Source of the DNA: Candidatus Poribacteria bacterium
GTDB lineage: Bacteria > Poribacteria > WGA-4E > WGA-3G
Assembly (NCBI GenBank): GCA_965197475.1
Contig: CBDANF010000003.1
Span: 1,920,001-1,984,000, forward strand
Length of the DNA: 64,000 nucleotides
Reading direction: 5' to 3'
Both the position numbers and the translations under genes were made by a program. Shown piece after piece: positions 30,261 to 40,799 of this stretch. A model generated the notes under the pieces. That model saw only the letters and a list, made by a program, of their open reading frames with translations. It was not told where the DNA came from and did not search any database. How positions within the stretch are numbered: position 1 is the stretch's first letter; each line of letters starts with the position of its first letter.

Positions 30261-31375
30261 TGAAGTCTTACGATAAGGTAATAGAAAACATTATTGCAGA
30301 CAGTGAAGCGGCAGCACTTAAGCAAGGGACGCTCAACCGCCGCCAATTCCTAAGTCGTATTGGTACTATTGGCGGTGTTGCGCTTAGCGCAGTTCCTGCA
30401 TTCGCGCAAATTGGTGGTGGACGGGTGCTAACCCCTACGACACAAATCGCGGCACTTACACCGGTTGTTGAAGTGATCGGGAAACAAGTTTGGGAAAACG
30501 ATAGACTCAACGAAGATGCTGTTAGCGAGATGGTTGACCGAGCGATGATGAAACTCACTGGTCGAGATACTGCTAAAGAAGCGTGGCGAGACTTTGTACT
30601 GCCGGACCATATTGTCGGCATAAAAATTAACCCGCTTGCCGGTCCAAAGTTAAGCACACACTCCGTGGTCGTCAATAAAATTATTGAGGGTTTATTCAGT
30701 GCGGGCGTTCTCAGAAAACAGATAATTATTTGGGATCGATTTGAGGAACATCTGCTTAATGCCGGCTATCCGATTAAGACAGATGAAGGGGATGTGCGGA
30801 CGCTCGCGTCTGATATGGACGACATCGGCTACGATGATGAAGTGTTCTATGAAACTGAAAAAGATAGTGTTACCAGACGAGAGAATGAAAGCACCCGTTC
30901 TCGATATTCGCGAATTGTCACAGAACAGGTAGATGTGGTTATTAATGTGCCTATCTTGAAACAGCATGATATGGCGGGTGTGAGCGGGTGTTTAAAAAAC
31001 ATGGCTTTCGGCAGTGTGGATAACACGCGGCGATTCCACGGTAAACCGCTTTACTGCAATCCTGCTATTGCCGAAATTTTTGAGCATAAGGTACTGAAAA
31101 AGAAGATCGTTCTAAATATTGTTGATGGATTGGTAGCGTCATTTGATCAAGGACCGACATATCATGCTGAAAGCACGTGGCAATATGGTGGGTTGTTTGT
31201 GAGTGCTGACCCCGTCATTCTTGATACGCTTATCCTTCAAACTGTTAATCAAAAACGCGAAGAATTGGGATTAAGTTCTATGTCAAAATATGCTAACCAC
31301 ATCACCTCAGCAAGCGGTCTCGATTTGGGCAAAAACTCACTTGACCAGGTCAATCTTCAGAAAATTGAGGTATAG
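30260..31375 (+). CDS. DUF362 domain protein with a twin-arginine signal
   Basis: LNRRQFL plus hydrophobic stretch; VGIKIN, INVPILKQH..AGVSGCLKN, ADPVILD; start overlaps the upstream stop (TAATG). Confidence 0.85.
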   Translation: MKSYDKVIENIIADSEAAALKQGTLNRRQFLSRIGTIGGVALSAVPAFAQIGGGRVLTPTTQIAALTPVVEVIGKQVWENDRLNEDAVSEMVDRAMMKLTGRDTAKEAWRDFVLPDHIVGIKINPLAGPKLSTHSVVVNKIIEGLFSAGVLRKQIIIWDRFEEHLLNAGYPIKTDEGDVRTLASDMDDIGYDDEVFYETEKDSVTRRENESTRSRYSRIVTEQVDVVINVPILKQHDMAGVSGCLKNMAFGSVDNTRRFHGKPLYCNPAIAEIFEHKVLKKKIVLNIVDGLVASFDQGPTYHAESTWQYGGLFVSADPVILDTLILQTVNQKREELGLSSMSKYANHITSASGLDLGKNSLDQVNLQKIEV

Positions 31376-31379
31376 TTTC

Positions 31380-31622
31380 ATGAAACGTAAATACATCTCT
31401 ATGCTTATTCTGTTGAGCGTGCTTCTAATCACAGTTGTATTCTCAGGATGCACCGTGACATTTACTCCTAACGACGCGCTGCAGTTTAACCTCTCGGAAC
31501 CGACGGATAAAGCGGTATCCCTTGTTGCGGAATTTGAATCGGGTGAAGAGGATAACGTTGCTGGTGATGTCACACAGAAGACGGGCAGTGTGTGTGCTGG
31601 CGGGGCATGCATCATCTATTGA
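31380..31622 (+). CDS. Small lipoprotein (80 aa) with C-terminal CAGGAC motif
   Basis: Lipobox FSGC (C24), acidic linker, ends GSVCAGGACIIY; ATG 4 nt after the DUF362 stop. Confidence 0.72.
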   Translation: MKRKYISMLILLSVLLITVVFSGCTVTFTPNDALQFNLSEPTDKAVSLVAEFESGEEDNVAGDVTQKTGSVCAGGACIIY

Positions 31623-31630
31623 ATAAGGGT

Positions 31631-31863
31631 TCATTTTCCTTTATTCTTGATCTCTGCTTTTCTCTTAGCAGCGATTTTCTCCCAATCCCATAATAAAACT
31701 GTACCATCATCGCTGCCACTTGCAAGCGTTTTACCATTTCCAAGACGTGCAATTGCCCCTTCAGGTAAACCGACTTGTGTGTTGTCTTGGGCAAAGCTGG
31801 TTGAGAACATCGCTGCTATCAATAGGAACAGGAACGTGATGAAAAAAGTCTATTGGTTCTCAT
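31631..31863 (-). pseudogene. Internally deleted WD40 gene remnant
   Basis: N-terminal AQDNTQVGLPEGAIARLG joined directly to C-terminal GKTLASGSDDGTVLLWDWEK; frameshift in a T run of the signal peptide. Confidence 0.8.
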
Positions 31864-31866
31864 GCG

Positions 31867-34197
31867 TCAATCTCCTTTTTGAGATGGTTGGCTTTCCTCA
31901 TTGGTATTCTCGTGTTTAAGGTTGCCTTTCTGATCAAACTTGAAGGTGCCCGATCCTACACCCTCAACACGAATCTTGAGAACGCCTCTTCTGTCAACCG
32001 TGACATTGACATCATTAACCCTCATTGTACCTCCACCTGAACCAGAAATTGTGGAACTACTTCCATTATGTGTTAGTCTGTATCCTAACCGAAGTTCCTT
32101 AACTTGATAACCGTTCTTATTCAACCAGTTTATTATTGCTTTTGCTTCCTCATTTTTTCCTGCGTATTTTATCGATTTTTGCGGAGTTAACAAACTTCTG
32201 TCAAGGTCTTTTCCTATGTTATCAATTCTTGCTTTAGCAACGATTTTGTCCCAATCCCATAATAGTACTGTACCATCCTCACCCCCGCTATCGAGTATTT
32301 TCCCGTCATGTGAAAACACAAGCGTTTCTACCGATTCTGTATGTCCGGATAGCATTCCCAAACTTTTACCTGTTTCTACATCCCATAACTTAATTGGAGT
32401 GCTCCACATATCCATTCCAGACCCAATAAGAATGGTACCATCAGGTGAAAATACCAATTCATTTTTAAATCCATCTAAATTACCTGGGATTAAGGTAGGT
32501 CCGTCTTCTGATTCTGTGTCTAATTTCCATAAGTGAATACCGTCCCTGCTTACCGTTGCAACCACAGAACTGTCGGGTGAAAATGCCAACGCACTTGTAC
32601 CCTTGATATTGGATGGTGTGATATCACGCTGTGTAGAAATATCCCAAACTTGTGGGTTGCGATGTTCACTTATCGCAGCGAGTCTTTTTCCATCAGGTGA
32701 GAACATCAACTTCCCCCTGAACATACGTTCTTTTGTGTTAAGTTGGAACAATTCAATTCCGGTATTCAGGTGCCACGCTCGAATTTCTTGGCGACTGCTT
32801 CCAGCAAGCATGTTGTCCGGTGAGAATCCAACTGCTGAAGACCAGTTGGCAACTTCCTGCAAAGGAGGGGAAAGTTTTTCGCCTGTCATTATATTGAATA
32901 ATTGAAGAGAGTTAGTACCTCCAGCTCTACTATGCATTCCGAATCCAACCGATTTAAACGCAATCATACCTTCGCTACCACAACACGCAAAAAACTTAGC
33001 ATTTGGTGATAACGCGACTGTCTCGGTGGCATCGCTATGTGCAGCAGAGAAGGTAGACAATTCCTGCCGAGTCTTGAGGCTCCATACATCTACAGTGCCA
33101 TTAAAGGCTGCACTCGCGAGGGTCCCACTTTCTGAAAATGCGACTGCTTTTACCCATTCTGTATGTCCAATGGTAAAAGTAGTAAATTCCTCTCCGTTCT
33201 CTGGATTCCAGAAACGGATTGTTCCATCTGCACTGCCACTGGCAAGACACATACCATAAAGAGGTGTTCCCAAAGGTGCAAAGGCTAAGGCATTGATGGT
33301 GTTTTTGTGTCCCATAAGAGTGGCACGTTCTTGTTTTGTGTCTAAATCCCAGAGTTTGATTACCTTACCAGCATCACCACTGGCAAAAGTATTTCCGTCC
33401 TCTGAGAATGCAACAGCGGTAACCCACGCTGCATGTCCTTTTAGCGTCCCAAGTTCGGCGTGGTTTTGGGTATCCCATAATTTCACAGTTTTGTCCTCAC
33501 TTCCGCTGGCAAATAGTTTTCTATCCGGTGAGAACGCTAACGCCAAAATAGCTGTGTCTCTGCCACGCGCATGCCCCTTGAGAGTTCCCAGATGGCTTTT
33601 CGTGGTTGTGTCCCATAGGTGAATTTCTCCGCCTCGGTCTGCCCGAGCAAGATTGTTGCCATCTTGAGAAAAAGCAATCTTATCGGATAAATTATCTATA
33701 TTGGACTCCGATAATTTTTCACCGGTGTCAGCATGCCAATAGGTCATTTCCTGACCTCTATTTATACTGATTAGTGTCCTGCCATAGAATACCAATGCAG
33801 ATAACACTGTGGGACCCCGAGTTAATGTAATCGTTGAGAGGTTGCTTTTAGTTTCTACGTCCCAAATTTGGATAATAGGGTTGTTAAATCCGCCGCTTGC
33901 GAGCATTTTTCCATCTGGCGAGAATGCAAGTGCGTTCACATGCCCTGTATGTCCAGTGAATAAAGCTGTCTCTTTTCCATTTGGTACGTCGTATAGCCAA
34001 ACTCCAACATCCGTACCAACAGCAAGGCGCGTGCCATCCGGTGAAAACTGCATAATATTGATCCCGCCTTTTCCGAGCCGTGCGATTGCACCTTCAGGTA
34101 AACCTACTTGTGTGTTATCTTGGGCAAAACTGGTTGAGAATATCGCTGCCGTAAATAGAATAGTTAGTAATAATGTGTGTCTATATTTCATTTTCAA
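31867..34197 (-). CDS. Secreted WD40-repeat protein
   Basis: Signal peptide, LPEGAIARLGKG, many GH...LAFSPDG..LASG..D.TV.LWD repeats. Confidence 0.95.
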   Translation of the reverse strand: MKMKYRHTLLLTILFTAAIFSTSFAQDNTQVGLPEGAIARLGKGGINIMQFSPDGTRLAVGTDVGVWLYDVPNGKETALFTGHTGHVNALAFSPDGKMLASGGFNNPIIQIWDVETKSNLSTITLTRGPTVLSALVFYGRTLISINRGQEMTYWHADTGEKLSESNIDNLSDKIAFSQDGNNLARADRGGEIHLWDTTTKSHLGTLKGHARGRDTAILALAFSPDRKLFASGSEDKTVKLWDTQNHAELGTLKGHAAWVTAVAFSEDGNTFASGDAGKVIKLWDLDTKQERATLMGHKNTINALAFAPLGTPLYGMCLASGSADGTIRFWNPENGEEFTTFTIGHTEWVKAVAFSESGTLASAAFNGTVDVWSLKTRQELSTFSAAHSDATETVALSPNAKFFACCGSEGMIAFKSVGFGMHSRAGGTNSLQLFNIMTGEKLSPPLQEVANWSSAVGFSPDNMLAGSSRQEIRAWHLNTGIELFQLNTKERMFRGKLMFSPDGKRLAAISEHRNPQVWDISTQRDITPSNIKGTSALAFSPDSSVVATVSRDGIHLWKLDTESEDGPTLIPGNLDGFKNELVFSPDGTILIGSGMDMWSTPIKLWDVETGKSLGMLSGHTESVETLVFSHDGKILDSGGEDGTVLLWDWDKIVAKARIDNIGKDLDRSLLTPQKSIKYAGKNEEAKAIINWLNKNGYQVKELRLGYRLTHNGSSSTISGSGGGTMRVNDVNVTVDRRGVLKIRVEGVGSGTFKFDQKGNLKHENTNEESQPSQKGD

Positions 34198-36328
34198 TTT
34201 CCTTTGTTTTCTTTTGCTTTGGAGATGATTTTTTCCCAGTCCCAGAGGAGAACGGTGCCATCTTGGCTACCACTCGCGAGTATCTTCCTATCGTGTGAAA
34301 ATACTAATGTTTCTATCGGTTGTGAATGTCCTAACAGGATTCCTAATTTACAACCTGAATCTACATCCCATAATTCAATTTCATCATCCCAAGCATCCGA
34401 TTTTGGATCAAGAAGGATTCTTCCATCGGGTGAGAAAAGTAACATGTTACCTCTCCAATCAAATTTTTTAGGACGAATTTCTGTACGTACCTGCATGCCT
34501 GTATGTGTCACACTGCACAAATCAATGCCTTTAATATGTTTGATAGCAAGCAGAGAACTATCAGGTGAAAATGCAATTCCCGTTACCCAATTGATGTCAG
34601 GCGGTGTAATTTTGTGTTGCGTGAAAACATCCCACACTTCTGGCTTAGAACCAGACCCAGACATAGCCAGGAACTTCCCATTAGGTGAAAACATCAATTT
34701 ACTTTCAAATGATGATAACGATTTAATGCGGAACATCTCAAGTCCAGAGTCAATGCTCCACAAACGTATACCTTGACGACGAGTACCGGCAGCAAGTATT
34801 TTTTTATCTGGTGAGAATGCAAGTGAATTCGGTTCCAGTGTAAGAGAGATAAGTTTGTCTCCTGTGGGTAGAAGCCATAGATGCGTTTCTTTATGTGGTT
34901 TTGAAGTCGCACGTGTGTTTCCACTAATTGAACGTACAATAGTATCAGCACCGTGGCTTGCAAAAAGCGTGGCATCCGCCGTGAAAGCAGATGCTTCAGT
35001 TTTATCGTGATGCGCGATCGATGGAATTGGTAGTTGTCGTCCAGTTTTTACATTCCACATTTGCACTGTACCATTAGATGCTGCACTGGCAAGCGTTGTA
35101 TTATCCGTAGTGAATGCCACCGCCTTAACTCCCGACGTATGTTCTGTGGTAAAAATAGATTGTTCTTGCCCAGTATGTGTGTTCCAGAAACGTATTGTAC
35201 CATCCCAACTCCCACTGGCGAGGATATCTTTGTCAACAGGTGAGAACGCTAAGGCTCTAATGCTGCTCTTATGTCCTGTAAGCATAGCCTTCTGTTCTCC
35301 TTTTTGAACATTCCACAAAAGTATTCGGTTAGCTGTTCCACCGCTTGCGAGTATTGTACTGTCGGGTGAAAAAGCCAATGCATCAACCTTTTCCGTATGT
35401 CCCTTAAGAACAGCACGTTCGGTGCTCGTAGTAGTATCCCATAATCGTACAGTATTGTCATCATGTCCTTGCAACAGTTTTCCTGTCCGGTGAAAATGCC
35501 ACTTGCAACAGTTTTCCTGTCCGGTGAAAATGTAAGTGCATTAACCCCTTTTTGAGGTATCCGCTTTTTCCACGACAGTAACGCGAATGGGGTTTTTGCT
35601 TTGAAAATAGCTAGTTGATACCCTGTGACTGCATCCCATAAGCGGATTTTGCCATTTTCTGGATCACCACTTATAAAGGTTTTATTATCATGGGTAAATG
35701 CTATTAGGTCGCGATAATGTTCGCCATAATAGCCATCTTCCAGTGGCTCATTATCAGCACTTCTACCCTTGTGCTTAGTTATAAGTTTACCGTCGGTAAC
35801 ATCCAAATGGTAAATACAGCTGAATTGGTTGGGAGTAATAAGGGTTTTACTATCCTTAGAAAATGTCATCGCTGGCACACCATCACTACTGCTATATAAA
35901 GGTATGTATAAAAGTTCATTACCAGTTTCGATTTCCCACAGACGTATAACTGAGTTTGATGATCCACCGCTTGCGAGTATGCGATTGTCAGGTGAAAACG
36001 CTAAGGAGTCCACTTGCGCGATTGTATGTACATTCCATTCTTCAAGTACTACCGATTCGATTTCATGATTGTTGACACGAGTTGGCTGCGCGGGGAACAA
36101 AGCCTTAGCGTTACGGGTATTCACATCGTATAACCACACCCCGATGCTCGTTCCAACTGCAAGATACTTGCCATCAGACGAAAACTGCATCACATTTATA
36201 CTGCCTTTTCCGAGGCGTGCAATTGCACCTTCTGGCAGACCGCCTTGTGTGTTATCTTGAGCGAAAATAGTTGAAATTGGAACAAGACTCAGAACTATAA
36301 TTGAGATATATGTATATATTCGGCTCAT
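34194..36328 (-). pseudogene. Secreted WD40-repeat protein frameshifted by a 31-bp duplication
   Basis: cttgcaacagttttcctgtccggtgaaaatg at 35468 and 35502; removing the extra copy restores TFSPDRKTVASGHDDNTVRLWD. Confidence 0.85.
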
Positions 36329-36506
36329 TTGTTTTTTCCATATTAGGGAGTAAGATATGCGTATTGAATAGGTAAATACGGTTAGAATTAGACAAAAAAC
36401 TTGAGAAAAAACAGCGTTTGTGAGATACTAATAGTATATACCAAATGTCTCAAAATTTTCCACCACAAAAATTTGAGACATTCAGAGTAAAAAATAGGAA
36501 AAATAT

Positions 36507-36806
36507 ATGGTTGAACATATTGTCTTACTTAAGTTGAAGTCGGATGTCACCTCAGCACAATTAGCTGCTTTACCTGATGCCTTATTGGAAATGGCTAATG
36601 AAATACCCGGTATTGAATCGATTACTGCTGGCACTAACAACAGTCCTGAAGGCAAAAGTCAAGGATATAGTTACGGCTTTATCGTTAGATTTACAGACGA
36701 AGCGGCGCGAGACGCGTATCTTCCGCATCCGTTTCACCGTAAAGTGGCGGGTGAACACATTCGTCCGCTCGTTGAGGATGTTCTTGTTTTTGATTATTCA
36801 GTTTAA
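36507..36806 (+). CDS. Dabb family (stress-responsive A/B barrel) protein
   Basis: HIVLLKLK, IPGIE, RDAYLPHPFH, VFDY. Confidence 0.9.
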   Translation: MVEHIVLLKLKSDVTSAQLAALPDALLEMANEIPGIESITAGTNNSPEGKSQGYSYGFIVRFTDEAARDAYLPHPFHRKVAGEHIRPLVEDVLVFDYSV

Positions 36807-36880
36807 TTAAAAACGATTCAGTGTTGTATAATTTGCAACTAAACTATAATAAATTCCATAAATCTTTTTGGAGGTAATAC

Positions 36881-38272
36881 ATGAGTTGGAACATTGTCGT
36901 TGTTGTTTCAGATACACTTCGGACAGCATATTTAAGCCCCTATGGTAACGATTGGGTACATACACCGAATTTGGCGCGGTTTGCCGATCAGGGTGTCCGA
37001 TTTACAAATGCACATCCTGAATGTTTGCCAACAATTCCGACACGCCGCACCTTACATACAGGTAGACGTGTTTATCCATTTAGTTCTTATAACCCTGTGC
37101 CATGGGATAATGTCTATACCCCCGGTTGGCAGCCGATGTCTTCGGATGAACCGGCAATCGCTGAATCACTTGTCCGAAATGGGTATCACACAGGCTTTTT
37201 CGCGGATGTGCCGCACTATTTTGTGCCGGGAATGAATTTCACACGCGGATTTCGTCAATGGCAGTTTGTCCGAGGACAAGCCGAAGATAGATACCGTGGT
37301 GGCGCGCACGCTGACCCAAGCCAAGTTGCACGATACCGTGGAAATACAGAGCGAGTCCGCTCTCATATCGTTAACGTTCAACCCGAACGTGCGGAGGAAA
37401 CCTGGCCCACCGCGAGATTGTTCCGATCCGCAATCGAATTTGTAGAACACAATCATAATAATACACCATTTTACCTATATGTTGATGGGTTCACGCCGCA
37501 CGAAACATGGGAAGCACCCATCCACTACTACGACCTTTACGGTAGCCGAGAAGATCGGGAACCCATCTGTCTGAACTTGCCCTACGGTTCACTAAATAAT
37601 GAGGAACTTGAAGCTCGCATTCCAAGCGTTAAAGCTAACTATGCTGGTTTGGTCACCCTTGTGGATACATGGTTTGGAAGATTGGTAGATACCATTGATC
37701 GACTCGGATTGCGCGACAACACGTTGATCGTTTTCCTCAGCGACCACGGCACAAACTTCGCAGAGAATCCTGATAAAGCGACTGGAAAACCAGCAAACTT
37801 CATGTACCCCGGCACGATGGATATTCCGCTGATAGTCAGGCATCCATCTGGTGTAAACGGAGGAACAACGTGTGATGAATTCGTCTATACGCTTGATGTG
37901 CCTGCAACTGTTATGGCAGCAAGTCAAGTTGAACCTACAGGTGAAATTCAAGGACAAAGTCTACTTCCCCTCGTTGAAGGCAAAAGTGGATTTACGTCAC
38001 GTGAATACCTGACTTGTCGCTATGTCAACTCTGTTTGGTATAAAGACGCGAAAAACTGGTATTTTTCAAGCGTTGATCTCAATAATGGAACACGTCTCTT
38101 TGATCTTGAGGCGGACCCGACATGTCAGAATAACATCTCGGGTCAAGGTGCCGAACGGATTGCACTTGCACATGAGCGGATTTTAGCTGATGCTGGCGGA
38201 CATTTACCACACTACTATAAACGTCAGGGCAGAACGGATGCGCTCGGCAGACCACAGTTCGCTGAGGAATAG
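36881..38272 (+). CDS. Sulfatase-like hydrolase (alkaline phosphatase superfamily)
   Basis: VVSDTLR, TPNLARFA, PTIPTRR, PHE, FLSDHG, IPLIVRHP. Confidence 0.88.
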   Translation: MSWNIVVVVSDTLRTAYLSPYGNDWVHTPNLARFADQGVRFTNAHPECLPTIPTRRTLHTGRRVYPFSSYNPVPWDNVYTPGWQPMSSDEPAIAESLVRNGYHTGFFADVPHYFVPGMNFTRGFRQWQFVRGQAEDRYRGGAHADPSQVARYRGNTERVRSHIVNVQPERAEETWPTARLFRSAIEFVEHNHNNTPFYLYVDGFTPHETWEAPIHYYDLYGSREDREPICLNLPYGSLNNEELEARIPSVKANYAGLVTLVDTWFGRLVDTIDRLGLRDNTLIVFLSDHGTNFAENPDKATGKPANFMYPGTMDIPLIVRHPSGVNGGTTCDEFVYTLDVPATVMAASQVEPTGEIQGQSLLPLVEGKSGFTSREYLTCRYVNSVWYKDAKNWYFSSVDLNNGTRLFDLEADPTCQNNISGQGAERIALAHERILADAGGHLPHYYKRQGRTDALGRPQFAEE

Positions 38273-38421
38273 TCTTTTGGGCAGGGCTTCGGCTCCGCCC
38301 ACGCTATTTTCGTTTGTATCAGCGTTTACATACAAATCATCTATTCATTTGGCAGGCAAATTCAAACGATTGAAGTTTCCGTTTAAGATTTGTACAATTG
38401 CCTATAAAGGCTTTTGATGAT

Positions 38422-40266
38422 ATGAAATTTCACTATTCCCAACTTAGCCATCACCTATATATCCATCACGGGCATGTCAATACCGGCATTCTTCGCGATG
38501 GACACCGCGCTCTTCTCATTGATCCGAGTGGCACATCACTTCAAACAACACTTGCCAAACTGGGAATTACCAACATAGAGCAAATTCTATATACACACCA
38601 CCATCGAGACAATACAGCGGGATTCCCGATTCCAGAAAATGTCCGTATCGGCGTTCCAGAGGCTGAGGCGCAGTGGTTTACGGAGGTAGAACCCTTTTGG
38701 AACGATCCAAAATACCGATGGCATCTCTACAATTGCCACCCACACAATCTCATGCTTGTCAATTCTATCCATGTGACAGATACTTATACCGAAGGCGCGC
38801 AGATTGAGTGGGGACCGGCATCCATAAAAGTGCTTGAAACACATGGACATACCGATGGGAGTGTCACCTATCTCGTTGATGTTGACGAACAGCGTTTCGC
38901 TTTTTCGGGCGATCTCATTTATGACGAAGGTAAAATATGGGAGCTCTATAGTTTACAAAAAGGACAACAGACTACCGACTATCACGGATTTCTTGGCGCG
39001 CGAGATGAGCTAAAAGAAAGTCTTGAGAAGGTTCGCGAGTTATCGCCAACGGCACTTATTCCTACACACGGTGTTGTCATAAAAAATCCTGACGCTGCGA
39101 TTGACAAACTATTTGAGCGATTGACGTATTGTTATGATAAATATGTGCCAATCTCTGCCCTCCGCCACTATTTTCCGAAACTTTTTACCGAATTTGAAGG
39201 ACGCGCTGACCACATGCCTATCCGAGCAGGCAAGCCTCCACCTGATTTCTTGCGCCACTTTGGCACAACATGGTTGATTATATCCAAAACTAAAGAGGCT
39301 TTCGTGATGGATTGCGGTTCACCGAATGTGACAAAACAGATTCAGCAGCTGCAAGCAGACGGTGAAATTTCTGAGGTGACACAGTTCTGGGTGACCCATT
39401 ACCACGATGACCACGTTAATGCTATCCCCGAATTCCAGGACACCTTTCCGTGTGAAACGATAACCGATGCGATTGTTGCTAAAGTAATCACGAATCCAAA
39501 GGCTTTTCGACTCCCTTGTATTTCTCCTGCTGTTACACGAGTGGATCGCGCCACTCATGACGGCGACTCATGGCAGTGGAATGAATTCACGATGACCGCC
39601 TATCATTTTCCGGGACAAACCTATTATCACGGTGGATTGCTTGTTGAGGGACGCGGGACACGGATGTTTTTTGCTGGTGATTCCCTTACAATGGCTGGGA
39701 TTGACAACTACTGTTCAGGCAATCGGAATCTTCTTGGCAAAGATGTCGGTTACGAAAATTGCCTGCGGCGCATTCAACAACTTAAGCCAACCCATATTTT
39801 TAACTGCCATGTCGATCCAGCATTTGACTTTACCGATAAAGAGATCGCCTTTATGTTAGACACCCTTGCTGAACGGGAAAAATGTTATACCGATCTCTTT
39901 CCTTGGGATCACGCAAACTACGGCATGGATGATCAGTGGGTGCGATGTTATCCTTATGAACAGGAAGTTGCTCCTGGTGAAACGGCAGCGTTGCAGGTTG
40001 AGATAACAAACCATTCACTTAAGCCTTGCACGGCAATTGCACAACCTATTCTGCCTGAATCATGGAATGCTGAGATTTCCTCTGCGGAGACAATTATTCC
40101 ACCGAAAGCGGATGGACACATCCAGTTTTCTATTCCGATACCCAAAGTAAAATCCATCTCTGGCAGCAAATCTTCAGAACGGATTGTAATCCCTGTCAAC
40201 ATGACTTATGACGACAAACCATTGGGACAATTTCGTGAAGCGATCTTTGTTCTCACGAGAGGTTAA
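38422..40266 (+). CDS. Tandem double metallo-beta-lactamase-fold hydrolase
   Basis: THHHRD..GHT..GD..PTHG and THYHDDH..PGQT..GD..NCH. Confidence 0.88.
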   Translation: MKFHYSQLSHHLYIHHGHVNTGILRDGHRALLIDPSGTSLQTTLAKLGITNIEQILYTHHHRDNTAGFPIPENVRIGVPEAEAQWFTEVEPFWNDPKYRWHLYNCHPHNLMLVNSIHVTDTYTEGAQIEWGPASIKVLETHGHTDGSVTYLVDVDEQRFAFSGDLIYDEGKIWELYSLQKGQQTTDYHGFLGARDELKESLEKVRELSPTALIPTHGVVIKNPDAAIDKLFERLTYCYDKYVPISALRHYFPKLFTEFEGRADHMPIRAGKPPPDFLRHFGTTWLIISKTKEAFVMDCGSPNVTKQIQQLQADGEISEVTQFWVTHYHDDHVNAIPEFQDTFPCETITDAIVAKVITNPKAFRLPCISPAVTRVDRATHDGDSWQWNEFTMTAYHFPGQTYYHGGLLVEGRGTRMFFAGDSLTMAGIDNYCSGNRNLLGKDVGYENCLRRIQQLKPTHIFNCHVDPAFDFTDKEIAFMLDTLAEREKCYTDLFPWDHANYGMDDQWVRCYPYEQEVAPGETAALQVEITNHSLKPCTAIAQPILPESWNAEISSAETIIPPKADGHIQFSIPIPKVKSISGSKSSERIVIPVNMTYDDKPLGQFREAIFVLTRG

Positions 40267-40270
40267 AATT

Positions 40271-40690
40271 TTGCTAAACTTATCCCATTCAACAGTTGAC
40301 ATCGCTATAACGTGTAGCAACTTTGAGGAGTCGTTAGACTTCTACCACAACAAATTGGGTTTTGAGATCGTGTTGGACCTTGAGATTCCGGACGCATTAG
40401 CGCAAAATGTGGGACTTGCGCCAACAGGATTTCGACAAGTGCGCCTAAAGGCAGGCAATACGCTTATCAAGCTGATGGATATAGAATCGCCACCGCCGAC
40501 ACCAGCAAACAAATTCTCTGCAGGTGTTCGTTGGCTTACCTTTTTTGTAGTGGATATTCAGCAAACTATCGAAAACTTGAAACAGAACGGTGTGGAATTT
40601 CTTTCTGAACCCGTAAGCGCACCGGACGCTGCTGGCGTGGTGTGCGCAAAAGACCCTGACAGCATTCTAATTGAACTTGTGCAGATATGA
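40271..40690 (+). CDS. VOC (glyoxalase) family protein
   Basis: ESLDFYHNKLGF, LKQNGVEF, KDPDSILIELVQ. Confidence 0.85.
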   Translation: MLNLSHSTVDIAITCSNFEESLDFYHNKLGFEIVLDLEIPDALAQNVGLAPTGFRQVRLKAGNTLIKLMDIESPPPTPANKFSAGVRWLTFFVVDIQQTIENLKQNGVEFLSEPVSAPDAAGVVCAKDPDSILIELVQI

Positions 40691-40799
40691 TACTAAATTA
40701 CTTTAAATCATAGGGTAGGTCCCTGTGCCCGCCCATGTTCTACCTGCAAAAAAACTGTAAGAATCAGTCTAATTCGGTGGCGTAAAAAGGAATAGAATA

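Noticed and set aside
31620-31622. TGA after CAGGACIIY as Sec
   Set aside because: No GCAACTC-type hairpin follows, and the downstream sequence is the 3' end of a convergent WD40 remnant
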